DNA of 51,807 nucleotides from a virus. Shown one piece after another: positions 26,554 to 34,594 of the stretch (positions within the stretch are counted from its first letter, which is position 1; each line of letters starts with the position of its first letter). Where the stretch lies: positions 1-51,807 of IMG/VR virus record IMGVR_UViG_3300048919_000084. One strand, 5' to 3'. The notes beneath the pieces were generated by a model, which was not told the origin of the DNA, made no database searches, and worked only from the letters and a program-made list of their open reading frames with translations. The position numbers were made by a program, and so were the translations under genes.

Positions 26554-27042
26554 TTTGTCCCAACGTATCCGGGACAAATTTACTGCCTTGAAATTTTGTC
26601 CAAGGACAAATTCTGAAGAAAAAACCTTTATAAATCAAAGTAACAAACCATCAAAAACACCTTGTCCCAAAAAGTGCCCCGGATTTTCCTGCACCCCTAT
26701 ATATTTTTGTTTTTACCGAGCGCCAAGCAGGAGAGCAGACACTGCACATTAGTAAAATTTAAAGGGGTGTATATATATTTCCGGTGCAGAAAACGGGACA
26801 AATGGGACAACTATAGATAAATATAATAATAATAATCTTGATTATCATATACTTAAGAGCAATATATTTGTCCCATATTTGTCCCATTTCGAACTAAAAA
26901 GTGCGGCATTGAAATCCGGGGCACTTTTTGGGACAAACTTTTGGCGCTCTCTAAAATATGATTTGTAAGGAGTTTTTTTTGATATTTGTCCAAGGACAAA
27001 ATTTCACGCCTTGCCGCAAAAAATGGGACAAAAACGGGACAT
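26554..27042. repeat. non-coding island A: quasi-palindromic array of GGGACAA/TTGTCCC boxes around an A+T-rich core; inverted copy of island B
   Basis: Boxes at 26555, 26571, 26662, 26795, 26804, 26868, 26878, 26930, 27025 and 27036. TTTGTCC-AA-GGACAAA at 26595-26610 and 26985-27000. AT core about 26811-26867. Confidence 0.85.
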
Positions 27043-27056
27043 TAATTCCTGACGGC

Positions 27057-27081
27057 AATAAAAAACCCGCCGAAGCGGGTG
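27057..27081 (-). terminator. intrinsic terminator after the primase gene
   Basis: Minus strand acccgc-ttcg-gcgggt hairpin followed by T-run. Confidence 0.75.
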
Positions 27082-27099
27082 TGTTTGATAACTGATTGA

Positions 27100-28035
27100 T
27101 CAGATAAGTTCCGAGGCATTGAAGAGTTGACGCCTCATTCCTGACCGGTATCCTCCATCATTGGGGATTAGGACTTTTAGCGCCCTGTCATCCGCCATGT
27201 AAAGTGTCTCCTTGTCTGATGGCATGCACGCAACCCTCATCTCCCGATCACCTTTGTAACGACTGGCAACCATCTCAAGATTCTCAGGAGTAAAGCAAGT
27301 CCATACCTCCTGGCCTGTAGTCAGGTTAACGTGCTGTGAGTCGATCCAGTCAACAACGAGATATATCGCTTTTTCAGTTTTACCAGTCACGGCAACCGAC
27401 CCGTAAGTCACCTTCTTTCCATAGAATGACTGAGATCCAGTATCAGCATTAATCATGAGAACATTAACCACCTCATCATCGTCAGGCCCATCCGATGTTA
27501 CCAGGTGGCATGGAATTACGTGGGTTAGGCTCTCAGAGCCATCAGGCAGAGACTTCACCCCAACCCGATACGACTCACCCCCCAACCCCTCAAAAATCGT
27601 CAGAGGCGTTACAGCTAGCTCTATTGTTCGCTGCATTAATGCCGAGCACTTCTCTGGTTCGACTGATGCGCTAAAGCTGTACCCTGGATCTCGTGATGCG
27701 ATGCGGTTCTTTTTGATAACGTACTCTTGAGGCTGCTTACCCAGGAATCGACCAATGATATTCACACACTCGCTGTAAGGCTCTCCGGTCAGCTTCATCA
27801 GCCAGCCAATGCCGTCAGTGTTCCCGCATGCGTTACAGACCGCTCCGCCGTCGCCCTTTTCGTTAACCTTGTCGGTCCATCTGAATCGGTCATTTCCTCC
27901 GCAATGAGGGCATGGCTGGTGCTTCTTGTTGAAAACTTCTGGCTTAAGCCCGCAAACTGATTTAAGGATTTCCTCCCACATGCCCCTTGTGTAGGGCATC
28001 ACATCCTCTTTCTGGTAATAAAGCGGCTGGTTCAT
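27100..28035 (-). CDS. DNA primase (zinc-ribbon + TOPRIM-type)
   Basis: CPHCGGNDRFRW...CNACGN zinc-binding motif as in P4-alpha-type primases. 311 aa. Confidence 0.8.
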   Translation of the reverse strand: MNQPLYYQKEDVMPYTRGMWEEILKSVCGLKPEVFNKKHQPCPHCGGNDRFRWTDKVNEKGDGGAVCNACGNTDGIGWLMKLTGEPYSECVNIIGRFLGKQPQEYVIKKNRIASRDPGYSFSASVEPEKCSALMQRTIELAVTPLTIFEGLGGESYRVGVKSLPDGSESLTHVIPCHLVTSDGPDDDEVVNVLMINADTGSQSFYGKKVTYGSVAVTGKTEKAIYLVVDWIDSQHVNLTTGQEVWTCFTPENLEMVASRYKGDREMRVACMPSDKETLYMADDRALKVLIPNDGGYRSGMRRQLFNASELI

Positions 28036-28048
28036 TACTTTCCTCCAA

Positions 28049-28083
28049 TAAAAAAAAAGCCAGCCTACATAGTAGACCGGCTA
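28049..28083 (-). terminator. intrinsic terminator between the HTH gene and primase
   Basis: Minus strand agccggtc-tactatg-taggctggct hairpin followed by T9. Confidence 0.6.
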
Positions 28084-28113
28084 TAATCGCGAGCGTTAAC
28101 CAGAAAATGCTAT
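28069..28113 (-). promoter_or_regulatory. degenerate marbox-type cassette E17, with the -10-like TACTAT in the terminator loop
   Basis: ATAGCATTTTCTGGTTAACG, 19 bp, TACTAT. 11/14 marbox positions. Confidence 0.3.
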
Positions 28114-28523
28114 TTCTTGATAAATTCTTTGCGCAGGTTTCTACCGCCAACGCACTTGCCATTTGTGTCAAACTTCAAGTCTGGACGACAGAATGATGCG
28201 GTAAATCCCACTCGACCATTCTTTTTATAATCACGATGGATGCGACGCGCACCTTCTGGTGAGATTCGCCCGCGAGCAAGCCACCAACGGACAGCTCCAT
28301 GCGTCATTCCAAGGCGTCGCACCAGGTTATTAGTGTTGCCATAATATTCAATGACCATCTCCATTCGCTTTCTCAGACCGGCTTTAGCTTCATCCGTCAG
28401 GTCATTAAGAACGGCAGCTTTCTTGCGGGGCTTCTTGTCAGGGCCGCGCCGGGTTCCGTTGTTGCCGTTCTTTGTTCTCTTATCGACTTCACCCGTTGAA
28501 ACTGCTATTTTTTCGTTTTCCAT
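28110..28523 (-). CDS. basic HTH DNA-binding protein (137 aa)
   Basis: Lys/Arg-rich N-terminus. HTH-like LVRRLGMTHGAVRWWLARGRIS. Confidence 0.55.
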   Translation of the reverse strand: MENEKIAVSTGEVDKRTKNGNNGTRRGPDKKPRKKAAVLNDLTDEAKAGLRKRMEMVIEYYGNTNNLVRRLGMTHGAVRWWLARGRISPEGARRIHRDYKKNGRVGFTASFCRPDLKFDTNGKCVGGRNLRKEFIKK

Positions 28524-28533
28524 TTTCTCATCT

Positions 28534-28578
28534 CCAGCACGATTAGTTAAAGATTGTGTATCAAGTGGATGCTATTAT
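28534..28578 (+). promoter_or_regulatory. marbox-type promoter cassette E14 (helicase operon)
   Basis: CCAGCACGATTAGTTAAAGA, 19 bp, (TGc)TATTAT. 12/14 marbox positions. ATG 37 nt downstream. Confidence 0.55.
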
Positions 28579-28579
28579 A
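28574..28579 (-). promoter_or_regulatory. -10 TATAAT for the leftward HTH/primase transcript
   Basis: Complement of attata at 28574-28579. Overlaps the rightward TATTAT (28573-28578). Confidence 0.35.
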
Positions 28580-28614
28580 GCGTGATGATTTTATTTTCAT
28601 AGAGGATTATTTGA

Positions 28615-30630
28615 ATGACAAAGAGCATCAGAAAGCAGATCGCAGAGCTGACAGCAGAGCAGATGCAGGCCGTAAAAGACCGCTTCCGTGTGGGCAACAT
28701 CACTCCTTATGACTATCAGGTTGTGATGTACCTTGAGACAGCAAAGCGGATCAAGAATTATGAGCATCCATTTTACTTAAAGGCTTCGGTTTCTGCAGGA
28801 AAGACGCTGTTCTTTGCCATGGTTGCGGCTCAGTGCCAGCGCATGAATATTCCAATGTTAATCCTCGCTCGCCAGGCTGAAATCGTGGAGCAGGATTCAA
28901 TTGAGCTGACAAATCTGGCAGTAAAGAACTCAGTATATTGCGCCGGTTTAAACACTAAATCAGCTTATTTCCCTATCGTTGTTGGATCAGAGGGTACGGT
29001 AATCGGCGGAATCGATAAGGCGCTGGGTGACTATTATCCGATGGTAATCGGGATAGATGAATGCCATCAGCTCGACTGTGAGGATTTGGCTGATGCGATT
29101 GAGCACAAAGAATCACGCGATCAGATGGAGCGTGAGAAAACTCAGCCTTACATGGTAAATGGCGTGGTGGTTGATAAAGACTATGTGCCAAGCGGATTTG
29201 ATACGGTAGCGTGGGGAACAAAGCGAAGCCAGTACACGATTATCATCATGGAGTTTATGAGCCGTTGCCGTGAGCGGTATGGGAGAGAGCTTCGGATATT
29301 TGGCGCGACTGGATCAGAGTTTCGCGGCGTCGTTCCAATCTTAGTGGAAGATAAGAGCCGACCTGGATTCTGGCGCGAGCAGGTAACGGATATCAACACT
29401 GATTACCTGGTCGAATTCGGCTCAGTAGTTCCGACAAACTTTGGCGACGTTGAAGGACTTGGTTATGACTTAAGTGATTTCCATGTGTCCGGTCAGGATG
29501 GCGTGCAGGACTTCACGCAGAAGCAATTAAACGCCATGCAGAAGATCATCAACGATGATGCAAAGATGACTGAAAAAATCATGCATAAAGTCGTGGCGAT
29601 CTGCAAGAACAGGAATAGCGTGCTGATAACATGTGCCGGTAAGCGACATTGTGAGGAAGCCGCGAGCTACTTACCACCAGGATCAACCTATTGCATTATT
29701 ACTGGCACCACTGGAGAGAAGCAGAGAAAGGCCTACCTTGACGCTATCTTTAAAGGAGAAATTAAATACTGCTTTCAGGTTAACGCATTGACAACAGGAG
29801 TCAACCAACCCCTATGGGATACGAGTGTAATCCTGAGAAAGATCGCAAGCCTTACGCTTCTGATTCAGCTTTTAGGCCGTGGCATGCGACAGCTTAAGCA
29901 GTGTCATATTGATTGGGGTTTCAGTAAAGAAGATCACCTTGTTCTGGATTTTGCCGGGTGCATGGATGAAATGGGGCAACTCTACTTCAACCCAATACTC
30001 GAACAGCAGCAATTTCAAAATAAATTCAGAAACGGCAAAGATCCTAAAAAATGCGAGATTTGCGGAACTATGAACAGCTATTACGCTCGCCGCTGCATGC
30101 ATGTTGATTCGGCGGGTTCCCGCTGTGAGCATTTCTGGACATTCCAGACATGTGAGGATCAGCGAGATGAGCGAACAAATAAAATGATCGTGAAAGGTTG
30201 TGGTGCCAAAAACGATGTTGTAGCCAGGATTTGCCGTTGCTGTGATGTGTCTCTGAAAGACCCAAACGAAGCTCTGAGCAATAAGCACTACACTAAATCA
30301 GACTGGTTTGGCGTACTTGGGATGAGCATTTCACCAACTAAAAACCAGCGCGGAGTGGTGGTTACTTATCAGCTCGAAAAGGATGGTGATGTATTCAGTG
30401 CGACGGAGAGATTTTTCCCTGAGTCTGAAAGCAACATTTGCCGCATCAAGTGGCGAGAGTTCTGCAAAGACCACATTGAAGATCCTGCTCAGGCTAAGCT
30501 GGTTGGCTCATACAAAAATGGCATCAAGTGCGTTAGTATGGCTCATCTTTTCCGGACGCCATCGCGCACAACCCACCGCCGCACTGAGAAGAGTGGCGAC
30601 ATTTTAGCTAAGAAGGAGTTCAGGTTGTGA
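28615..30630 (+). CDS. SF2 (DExH) DNA helicase with C-terminal zinc ribbons
   Basis: Walker A SAGKT and DExH box GIDECHQL. CEICG...C.H and CGAKN...CRCC clusters. Confidence 0.85.
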   Translation: MTKSIRKQIAELTAEQMQAVKDRFRVGNITPYDYQVVMYLETAKRIKNYEHPFYLKASVSAGKTLFFAMVAAQCQRMNIPMLILARQAEIVEQDSIELTNLAVKNSVYCAGLNTKSAYFPIVVGSEGTVIGGIDKALGDYYPMVIGIDECHQLDCEDLADAIEHKESRDQMEREKTQPYMVNGVVVDKDYVPSGFDTVAWGTKRSQYTIIIMEFMSRCRERYGRELRIFGATGSEFRGVVPILVEDKSRPGFWREQVTDINTDYLVEFGSVVPTNFGDVEGLGYDLSDFHVSGQDGVQDFTQKQLNAMQKIINDDAKMTEKIMHKVVAICKNRNSVLITCAGKRHCEEAASYLPPGSTYCIITGTTGEKQRKAYLDAIFKGEIKYCFQVNALTTGVNQPLWDTSVILRKIASLTLLIQLLGRGMRQLKQCHIDWGFSKEDHLVLDFAGCMDEMGQLYFNPILEQQQFQNKFRNGKDPKKCEICGTMNSYYARRCMHVDSAGSRCEHFWTFQTCEDQRDERTNKMIVKGCGAKNDVVARICRCCDVSLKDPNEALSNKHYTKSDWFGVLGMSISPTKNQRGVVVTYQLEKDGDVFSATERFFPESESNICRIKWREFCKDHIEDPAQAKLVGSYKNGIKCVSMAHLFRTPSRTTHRRTEKSGDILAKKEFRL

Positions 30631-31052
30631 TTACAGATAAGGGGCAGTACCTAGAATTTTATGAACCTGACGATTCAGATCGTCGAAAGGAGTCTCCTCA
30701 CCAGATTGAGGCTTACACTCACCTTAAAATAAGCCATTCGGACTGGCTTAGCTGGCACACCAAAGGCGAGGGCTTGAAGTCAAAGGCTACAGCCATGATT
30801 GACCAGCAGGAGGGGCTGCTAAAGGGTGTTTCAGATCTGGTGATCTTGACTGGTTTTATTGGCTGCAAGTACCCTTTTGCAGCTATTGAGATGAAGCGAG
30901 TGAACAAGTCGGGGCCGGGAAAGGCAACGGCAGTAAGTAAGGAGCAAAAGGTTTTCCTTGGGCGCGTGCGCGAGATGGGTGGATTCTCTGCAGTTTGCTA
31001 CGGCTCAGACCAGTTCAAGGTGGCAATCGAATATATGGTTTCACAGCACTAA
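30627..31052 (+). CDS. VRR-NUC domain nuclease
   Basis: GVSDLVIL...AIEMKR...SKEQKVFLGRVREMGGFSAVCYG (D...ExK). GTG start overlaps the helicase stop. Confidence 0.8.
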   Translation: MITDKGQYLEFYEPDDSDRRKESPHQIEAYTHLKISHSDWLSWHTKGEGLKSKATAMIDQQEGLLKGVSDLVILTGFIGCKYPFAAIEMKRVNKSGPGKATAVSKEQKVFLGRVREMGGFSAVCYGSDQFKVAIEYMVSQH

Positions 31053-31086
31053 TTGCTAAACATGCCCGGATATATTCGGGCATTAT
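31043..31086 (+). promoter_or_regulatory. marbox-type promoter cassette E1
   Basis: ACAGCACTAATTGCTAAACA, 18 bp (hairpin GCCCG/CGGGC), CATTAT. 14/14 marbox positions. ATG 27 nt downstream. Confidence 0.65.
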
Positions 31087-31112
31087 TGCCTCATCGAAAA
31101 GAGGGTTTAAAA

Positions 31113-31325
31113 ATGCTCAACAAAAAAACAATCAAGTCAGAATTTATCAACGGAATCACAGTGATTATCTCTAAACAGTGGATGATTGATGCAAGCGAAA
31201 ATGATTGCTGTTACAAAATCATTCGCAGTGATGAAAATAAGTTTGGCACATGCTACATGCCTGCAGAGGCTGAAATTTACTTCAACATGGTTTGCGATGA
31301 AATTCGCGGCGAAATTCCAATCTGA
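31113..31325 (+). CDS. hypothetical protein (70 aa)
   Basis: ATG after gagggtttaaaa. The track start at 31053 lies inside the promoter cassette. Confidence 0.5.
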   Translation: MLNKKTIKSEFINGITVIISKQWMIDASENDCCYKIIRSDENKFGTCYMPAEAEIYFNMVCDEIRGEIPI

Positions 31326-31337
31326 GAGGCGTTTAAA

Positions 31338-32078
31338 ATGAAAGACGAAAACGATGTTCAAACAGAAGATGCATTCATTACCTTTGAAGAACTTGAGCGT
31401 CAGGATTTGGTTATTACATCTCTTGCAACTGGCGGTCATTACCAGGCAGTTAAACCAGCAACGTCACTTAAAGTTTCGGGCCGACGCTTCCTTGGAAGCA
31501 ACACGCCGGATGCAATCAAAGATTTATGGTCAACTCCGGGTGAGCTTGTAGATTTCATGGAAAATCGATACGGGCCATACGATCTTGATGCGGCAGCCAG
31601 CGCTAACAACGCAGTGTGCGAAAAGTTCTTTGACGAGAAAACAAACTGCCTTAAGCGTTGGTGGGGTAGCAAAAAGCACGTTTGGCTAAACCCACCATTC
31701 AGCAATCCGTTACCATTCGTTGAAAAGGCAGCGGAGCAGGCTCGAAACGGAAATCAGATTGATGTTCTTCTGAATGCTGACAGCTCAACCGCCTGGTTCC
31801 GGCTTGCGCAAATGAGAGCTTCTGAAATCATCTGGATTGTTGCCGATATTGATTATCACATCACTGATGATGAGGTGGTGATTGACACAGCCCACTCAGG
31901 CCGATTAGCTTTTACCAACGCTGACTCTGGCGAGGCTGTTTCCGGCAACAGCAAAGGTCAGGTTATGTTCATCTTCCGTGAAATGAAAGAGGGTGAGCAG
32001 CAGCAGACTCATTACATCTCGATTGGTGAAATTTGCCCATCGGTTAAAAATAAACGCAAACGCAAGGTATCACGTTAA
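31338..32078 (+). CDS. dam: DNA N6-adenine methyltransferase (phage Dam family)
   Basis: Catalytic motif VWLNPPFS. 246 aa. Confidence 0.8.
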   Translation: MKDENDVQTEDAFITFEELERQDLVITSLATGGHYQAVKPATSLKVSGRRFLGSNTPDAIKDLWSTPGELVDFMENRYGPYDLDAAASANNAVCEKFFDEKTNCLKRWWGSKKHVWLNPPFSNPLPFVEKAAEQARNGNQIDVLLNADSSTAWFRLAQMRASEIIWIVADIDYHITDDEVVIDTAHSGRLAFTNADSGEAVSGNSKGQVMFIFREMKEGEQQQTHYISIGEICPSVKNKRKRKVSR

Positions 32079-32311
32079 TGGATATTGTTAAGACTGTAGA
32101 GTTAACAGAAGAGGGCGCATTTCTTTTATTCCGCGCAATCGCAACTGAGGCTTTGATTAATGTCGGGTTTAAGGGAGATGCATGGAAAGAAACAGAGCTT
32201 TTTGACCTGTCTTTTTCTGAGATCTTAGATGAGCCTCTTGAGAATTGGGAAAAAATTATCCTCAATGACGCTGAGGAATATAAAGTTTCCTCACCAGAGG
32301 ATTTTGACTGA
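32078..32311 (+). CDS. hypothetical acidic protein (77 aa)
   Basis: ATG overlaps the dam stop. Confidence 0.55.
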   Translation: MDIVKTVELTEEGAFLLFRAIATEALINVGFKGDAWKETELFDLSFSEILDEPLENWEKIILNDAEEYKVSSPEDFD

Positions 32312-32353
32312 ATAATCGGCTCGCTTAGGCGGGCCTTTGCCAGTAGGTGAATA

Positions 32354-32608
32354 ATGAATATTGAATCAGGACGGCAGGCAGTTTGGCAGCACGCAAAAGA
32401 AGCTGGAATATCAGATGACATATCCTTGATTGCGAAATATTTTGATATCAAGGAAGTCAATATTTTTACTCCCGAAAATGGCGGGAAACTGACATTCATT
32501 GAGCAACGACTTGCGAAGCATGACCGAATTGCCGTAGCCACAAAAACAAGCATGACAACCAAGGATGTGATAAACACCGCCAAGGTTGAAAATAAGAGGC
32601 TGAAATGA
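32354..32608 (+). CDS. hypothetical protein (84 aa)
   Basis: ORF track. RBS taggtg. Confidence 0.5.
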   Translation: MNIESGRQAVWQHAKEAGISDDISLIAKYFDIKEVNIFTPENGGKLTFIEQRLAKHDRIAVATKTSMTTKDVINTAKVENKRLK

Positions 32609-32853
32609 AAACTTTCAATCCGCTCGAGTATGCTCCATACAACGGAGAAATTTACGACGACTCAGATTACAGAGTCATACCTTGCTCTGACTGGTTGCCT
32701 GCAGATTTTGAATCTGTGATGCTTATGGTTTCTGGTTATGAGAAACTGAACTTCGCATACTATTCACCATCTCACCACTGCTTCTTCCGTGAGTGCAGTG
32801 GCGCGAAAATAGAGATCACCAACGCTGAATACTGGTTGAAGAAATTACCTTAA
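32605..32853 (+). CDS. hypothetical protein (82 aa)
   Basis: ATGA overlap with the upstream gene. Confidence 0.55.
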   Translation: MKTFNPLEYAPYNGEIYDDSDYRVIPCSDWLPADFESVMLMVSGYEKLNFAYYSPSHHCFFRECSGAKIEITNAEYWLKKLP

Positions 32854-32899
32854 TAAAGTAATGTGTCCCGGCAAATTAACCAACAAAACAGGCTTTAAA

Positions 32900-34024
32900 A
32901 TGAAACAGAAAATTAGTGACGAGCAGTTCCTGGTAGAGAGAGAGGCCGGCCTAACCCTCAAGCAGATCGCGGAAAAGTACAGCATGAACATCCGCACGGT
33001 TGAAGCTCGCAGCTCAAAGCTGGCCCGATCTGGTCACGGACATGGAAACGAGCACGTTTCGAAACACATCCCGGAAGGTTTTGCCGTCAAAGGCACATCA
33101 ACCATGATTCGCGGTAACGGAGAGGAGGTTGTTCGTTGGGTCAAGTCCGAGGTTGACCGCAATAAAATCATTGCACTGATGAATGCGGCAGCTGATGCAT
33201 TCGCAAGCGAGCTACCACGCACCGAGCCGGTTCAGGAAGTTAAGCAGGATTATTCAGACACTCTGGCTCTTTATCCGGTATTCGATCTGCATATCGGAGC
33301 ACTGGCGCACAAGCATGAGTCAGGTGAAAGCTATGATACCAACCTGGCAGAGCAGACAATGAATAGCTTCTTTGAGTATGGTGTTCAGGCTGCACCAAAC
33401 TCACGCAGGGCTGTTTTATTAATCGGTGGTGATCTGCTTCACTCTGACGGCCTGGACGCGGTAACGCCAGCCAGCGGTCACGTACTGGACCAGGACAGCC
33501 GATATGCCAAACTGGTTTACGTGGCTATCAGATCTCTTCGCCGCGCCGTGAAAACGATGCTCAATAAGCACCAGCAGGTTGAAATTGAGATTATTGAAGG
33601 TAATCACGATCAGGCAACAATGGTTTGCTTGCGTGCTGCTATGGCTGCATTTTATGAAGATGATGATCGCGTGCTGGTCAACGTTTCTCCTGCAATCATG
33701 CACGTAACGCGATTTGGCAAAACGCTACTTGGTTACACACATGGCCACACCATGAAAAAGCCAGAGGCAAGACTCTCAGCGCTCGCAGTAGATCACTCCG
33801 AAGCGTGGGGGCAATCCTCTTACCGCTACACTCACAGCGGTCACTTCCATCACGTCACAGTTACTGAGCACTCGCTCGGGATTGATGAAGTTCACGGTGC
33901 GCTCGCGGCTAAGGATGCATATTCAGCACGCGGAGGATGGCGCTCATACCGTCAGGCGGCGGTGATTATCTATAGCCCTGAGTTTGGCGAGATCGCAAGA
34001 CACATCTATAAGCCGGGTATGTAA
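32900..34024 (+). CDS. HTH domain fused to a calcineurin-like metallophosphoesterase (Mre11/SbcD-like motifs)
   Basis: N-terminal LTLKQIAEKYSMNIRTVEARS, then FDLHIG, GGDLLHSDG, EGNHDQ, GYTHGH and HSGHFHH. Confidence 0.7.
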   Translation: MKQKISDEQFLVEREAGLTLKQIAEKYSMNIRTVEARSSKLARSGHGHGNEHVSKHIPEGFAVKGTSTMIRGNGEEVVRWVKSEVDRNKIIALMNAAADAFASELPRTEPVQEVKQDYSDTLALYPVFDLHIGALAHKHESGESYDTNLAEQTMNSFFEYGVQAAPNSRRAVLLIGGDLLHSDGLDAVTPASGHVLDQDSRYAKLVYVAIRSLRRAVKTMLNKHQQVEIEIIEGNHDQATMVCLRAAMAAFYEDDDRVLVNVSPAIMHVTRFGKTLLGYTHGHTMKKPEARLSALAVDHSEAWGQSSYRYTHSGHFHHVTVTEHSLGIDEVHGALAAKDAYSARGGWRSYRQAAVIIYSPEFGEIARHIYKPGM

Positions 34025-34066
34025 AATAAAAGGGCGGCTAACGTCGCCCATAACTGGAGATTTAAA

Positions 34067-34594
34067 ATGAAACACTTATTTGATGATGTTGAACCTATTA
34101 AATTGCCGCGTGTGGTTATTTGGGATTATGACGGCACCCTTTCATGTGGCAAGCATCGCCTGCACGCTCTGCCAACCAAAGACCTGCACCTTGTTGAATC
34201 ATGGTCAGAGTTCAACGGTTTATGCGTTTACGATGATCCAATACAGGATAATATTGACATTATGAATGCAATGTATGATGCAGGGCTATACGTGGTTATC
34301 CTGACCGGTCGATCAGATGAAGTTCGAAGCGAGTCGCTCAAATGGCTCAAGGATAAGGGCGCTCGCTTTCACATGCTGGAGATGCGCAAGAAGTCCGATA
34401 ATCGCAAGGACACGATCATTAAGGAAGAGTTCTTGCGTGAAAAGGTTGGGCTGAAAAACATTGTTGCGGCATGGGACGACTCACCATCAGTTATTGCGCA
34501 CTTTAGAAGCCTTGGTATCACAACTTATCAGGTAGTTGATTACGGCGACTCTCAACGTTCAGACCTCAAATCACATGGAGTAGAGAAACTATGA
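34067..34594 (+). CDS. HAD-superfamily phosphatase
   Basis: Motif I VVIWDYDGTL, motif II VVILTGRS, motif IV AAWDDS. Confidence 0.7.
   Translation: MKHLFDDVEPIKLPRVVIWDYDGTLSCGKHRLHALPTKDLHLVESWSEFNGLCVYDDPIQDNIDIMNAMYDAGLYVVILTGRSDEVRSESLKWLKDKGARFHMLEMRKKSDNRKDTIIKEEFLREKVGLKNIVAAWDDSPSVIAHFRSLGITTYQVVDYGDSQRSDLKSHGVEKL

Noticed and set aside
26554-27042. GGGACAA arrays considered as a CRISPR array.
   Set aside because: Units are only 7-8 bp, occur in both orientations and have irregular spacing of 2-100 bp. There are no 25-40-bp repeats with unique spacers and no cas genes.
26979-27095. 39-aa TTG-start ORF after the AAGGAG-T-run in island A.
   Set aside because: The equivalent position in island B is open for only 10 codons. 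The ORF also runs through the primase terminator hairpin.
28110-28523. The HTH protein considered as a CI-like lysogeny repressor.
   Set aside because: There is no integrase, excisionase or attP-like site. The genome architecture matches virulent T1-type phages. It is more likely a transcription or replication regulator.
31045-31059. Reading the cassette 5' box as a symmetric dimer site TAGCA-N5-TGCTA.
   Set aside because: The right half degenerates (TGCAA, TGTTA, TGCCT, TGACT). The flanking A at position 1 and the AAAC after the box lie outside any palindrome and are the most conserved bases. An asymmetric 20-bp site fits better. It is kept as an alternative to test.
34025-34066. Hairpin gggcg-gctaac-gtcgccc followed by CATAAC, considered as an 18th cassette.
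   Set aside because: There is no GCAC/AAAC box upstream, so only the 3' half resembles the family. It may be a decayed copy.
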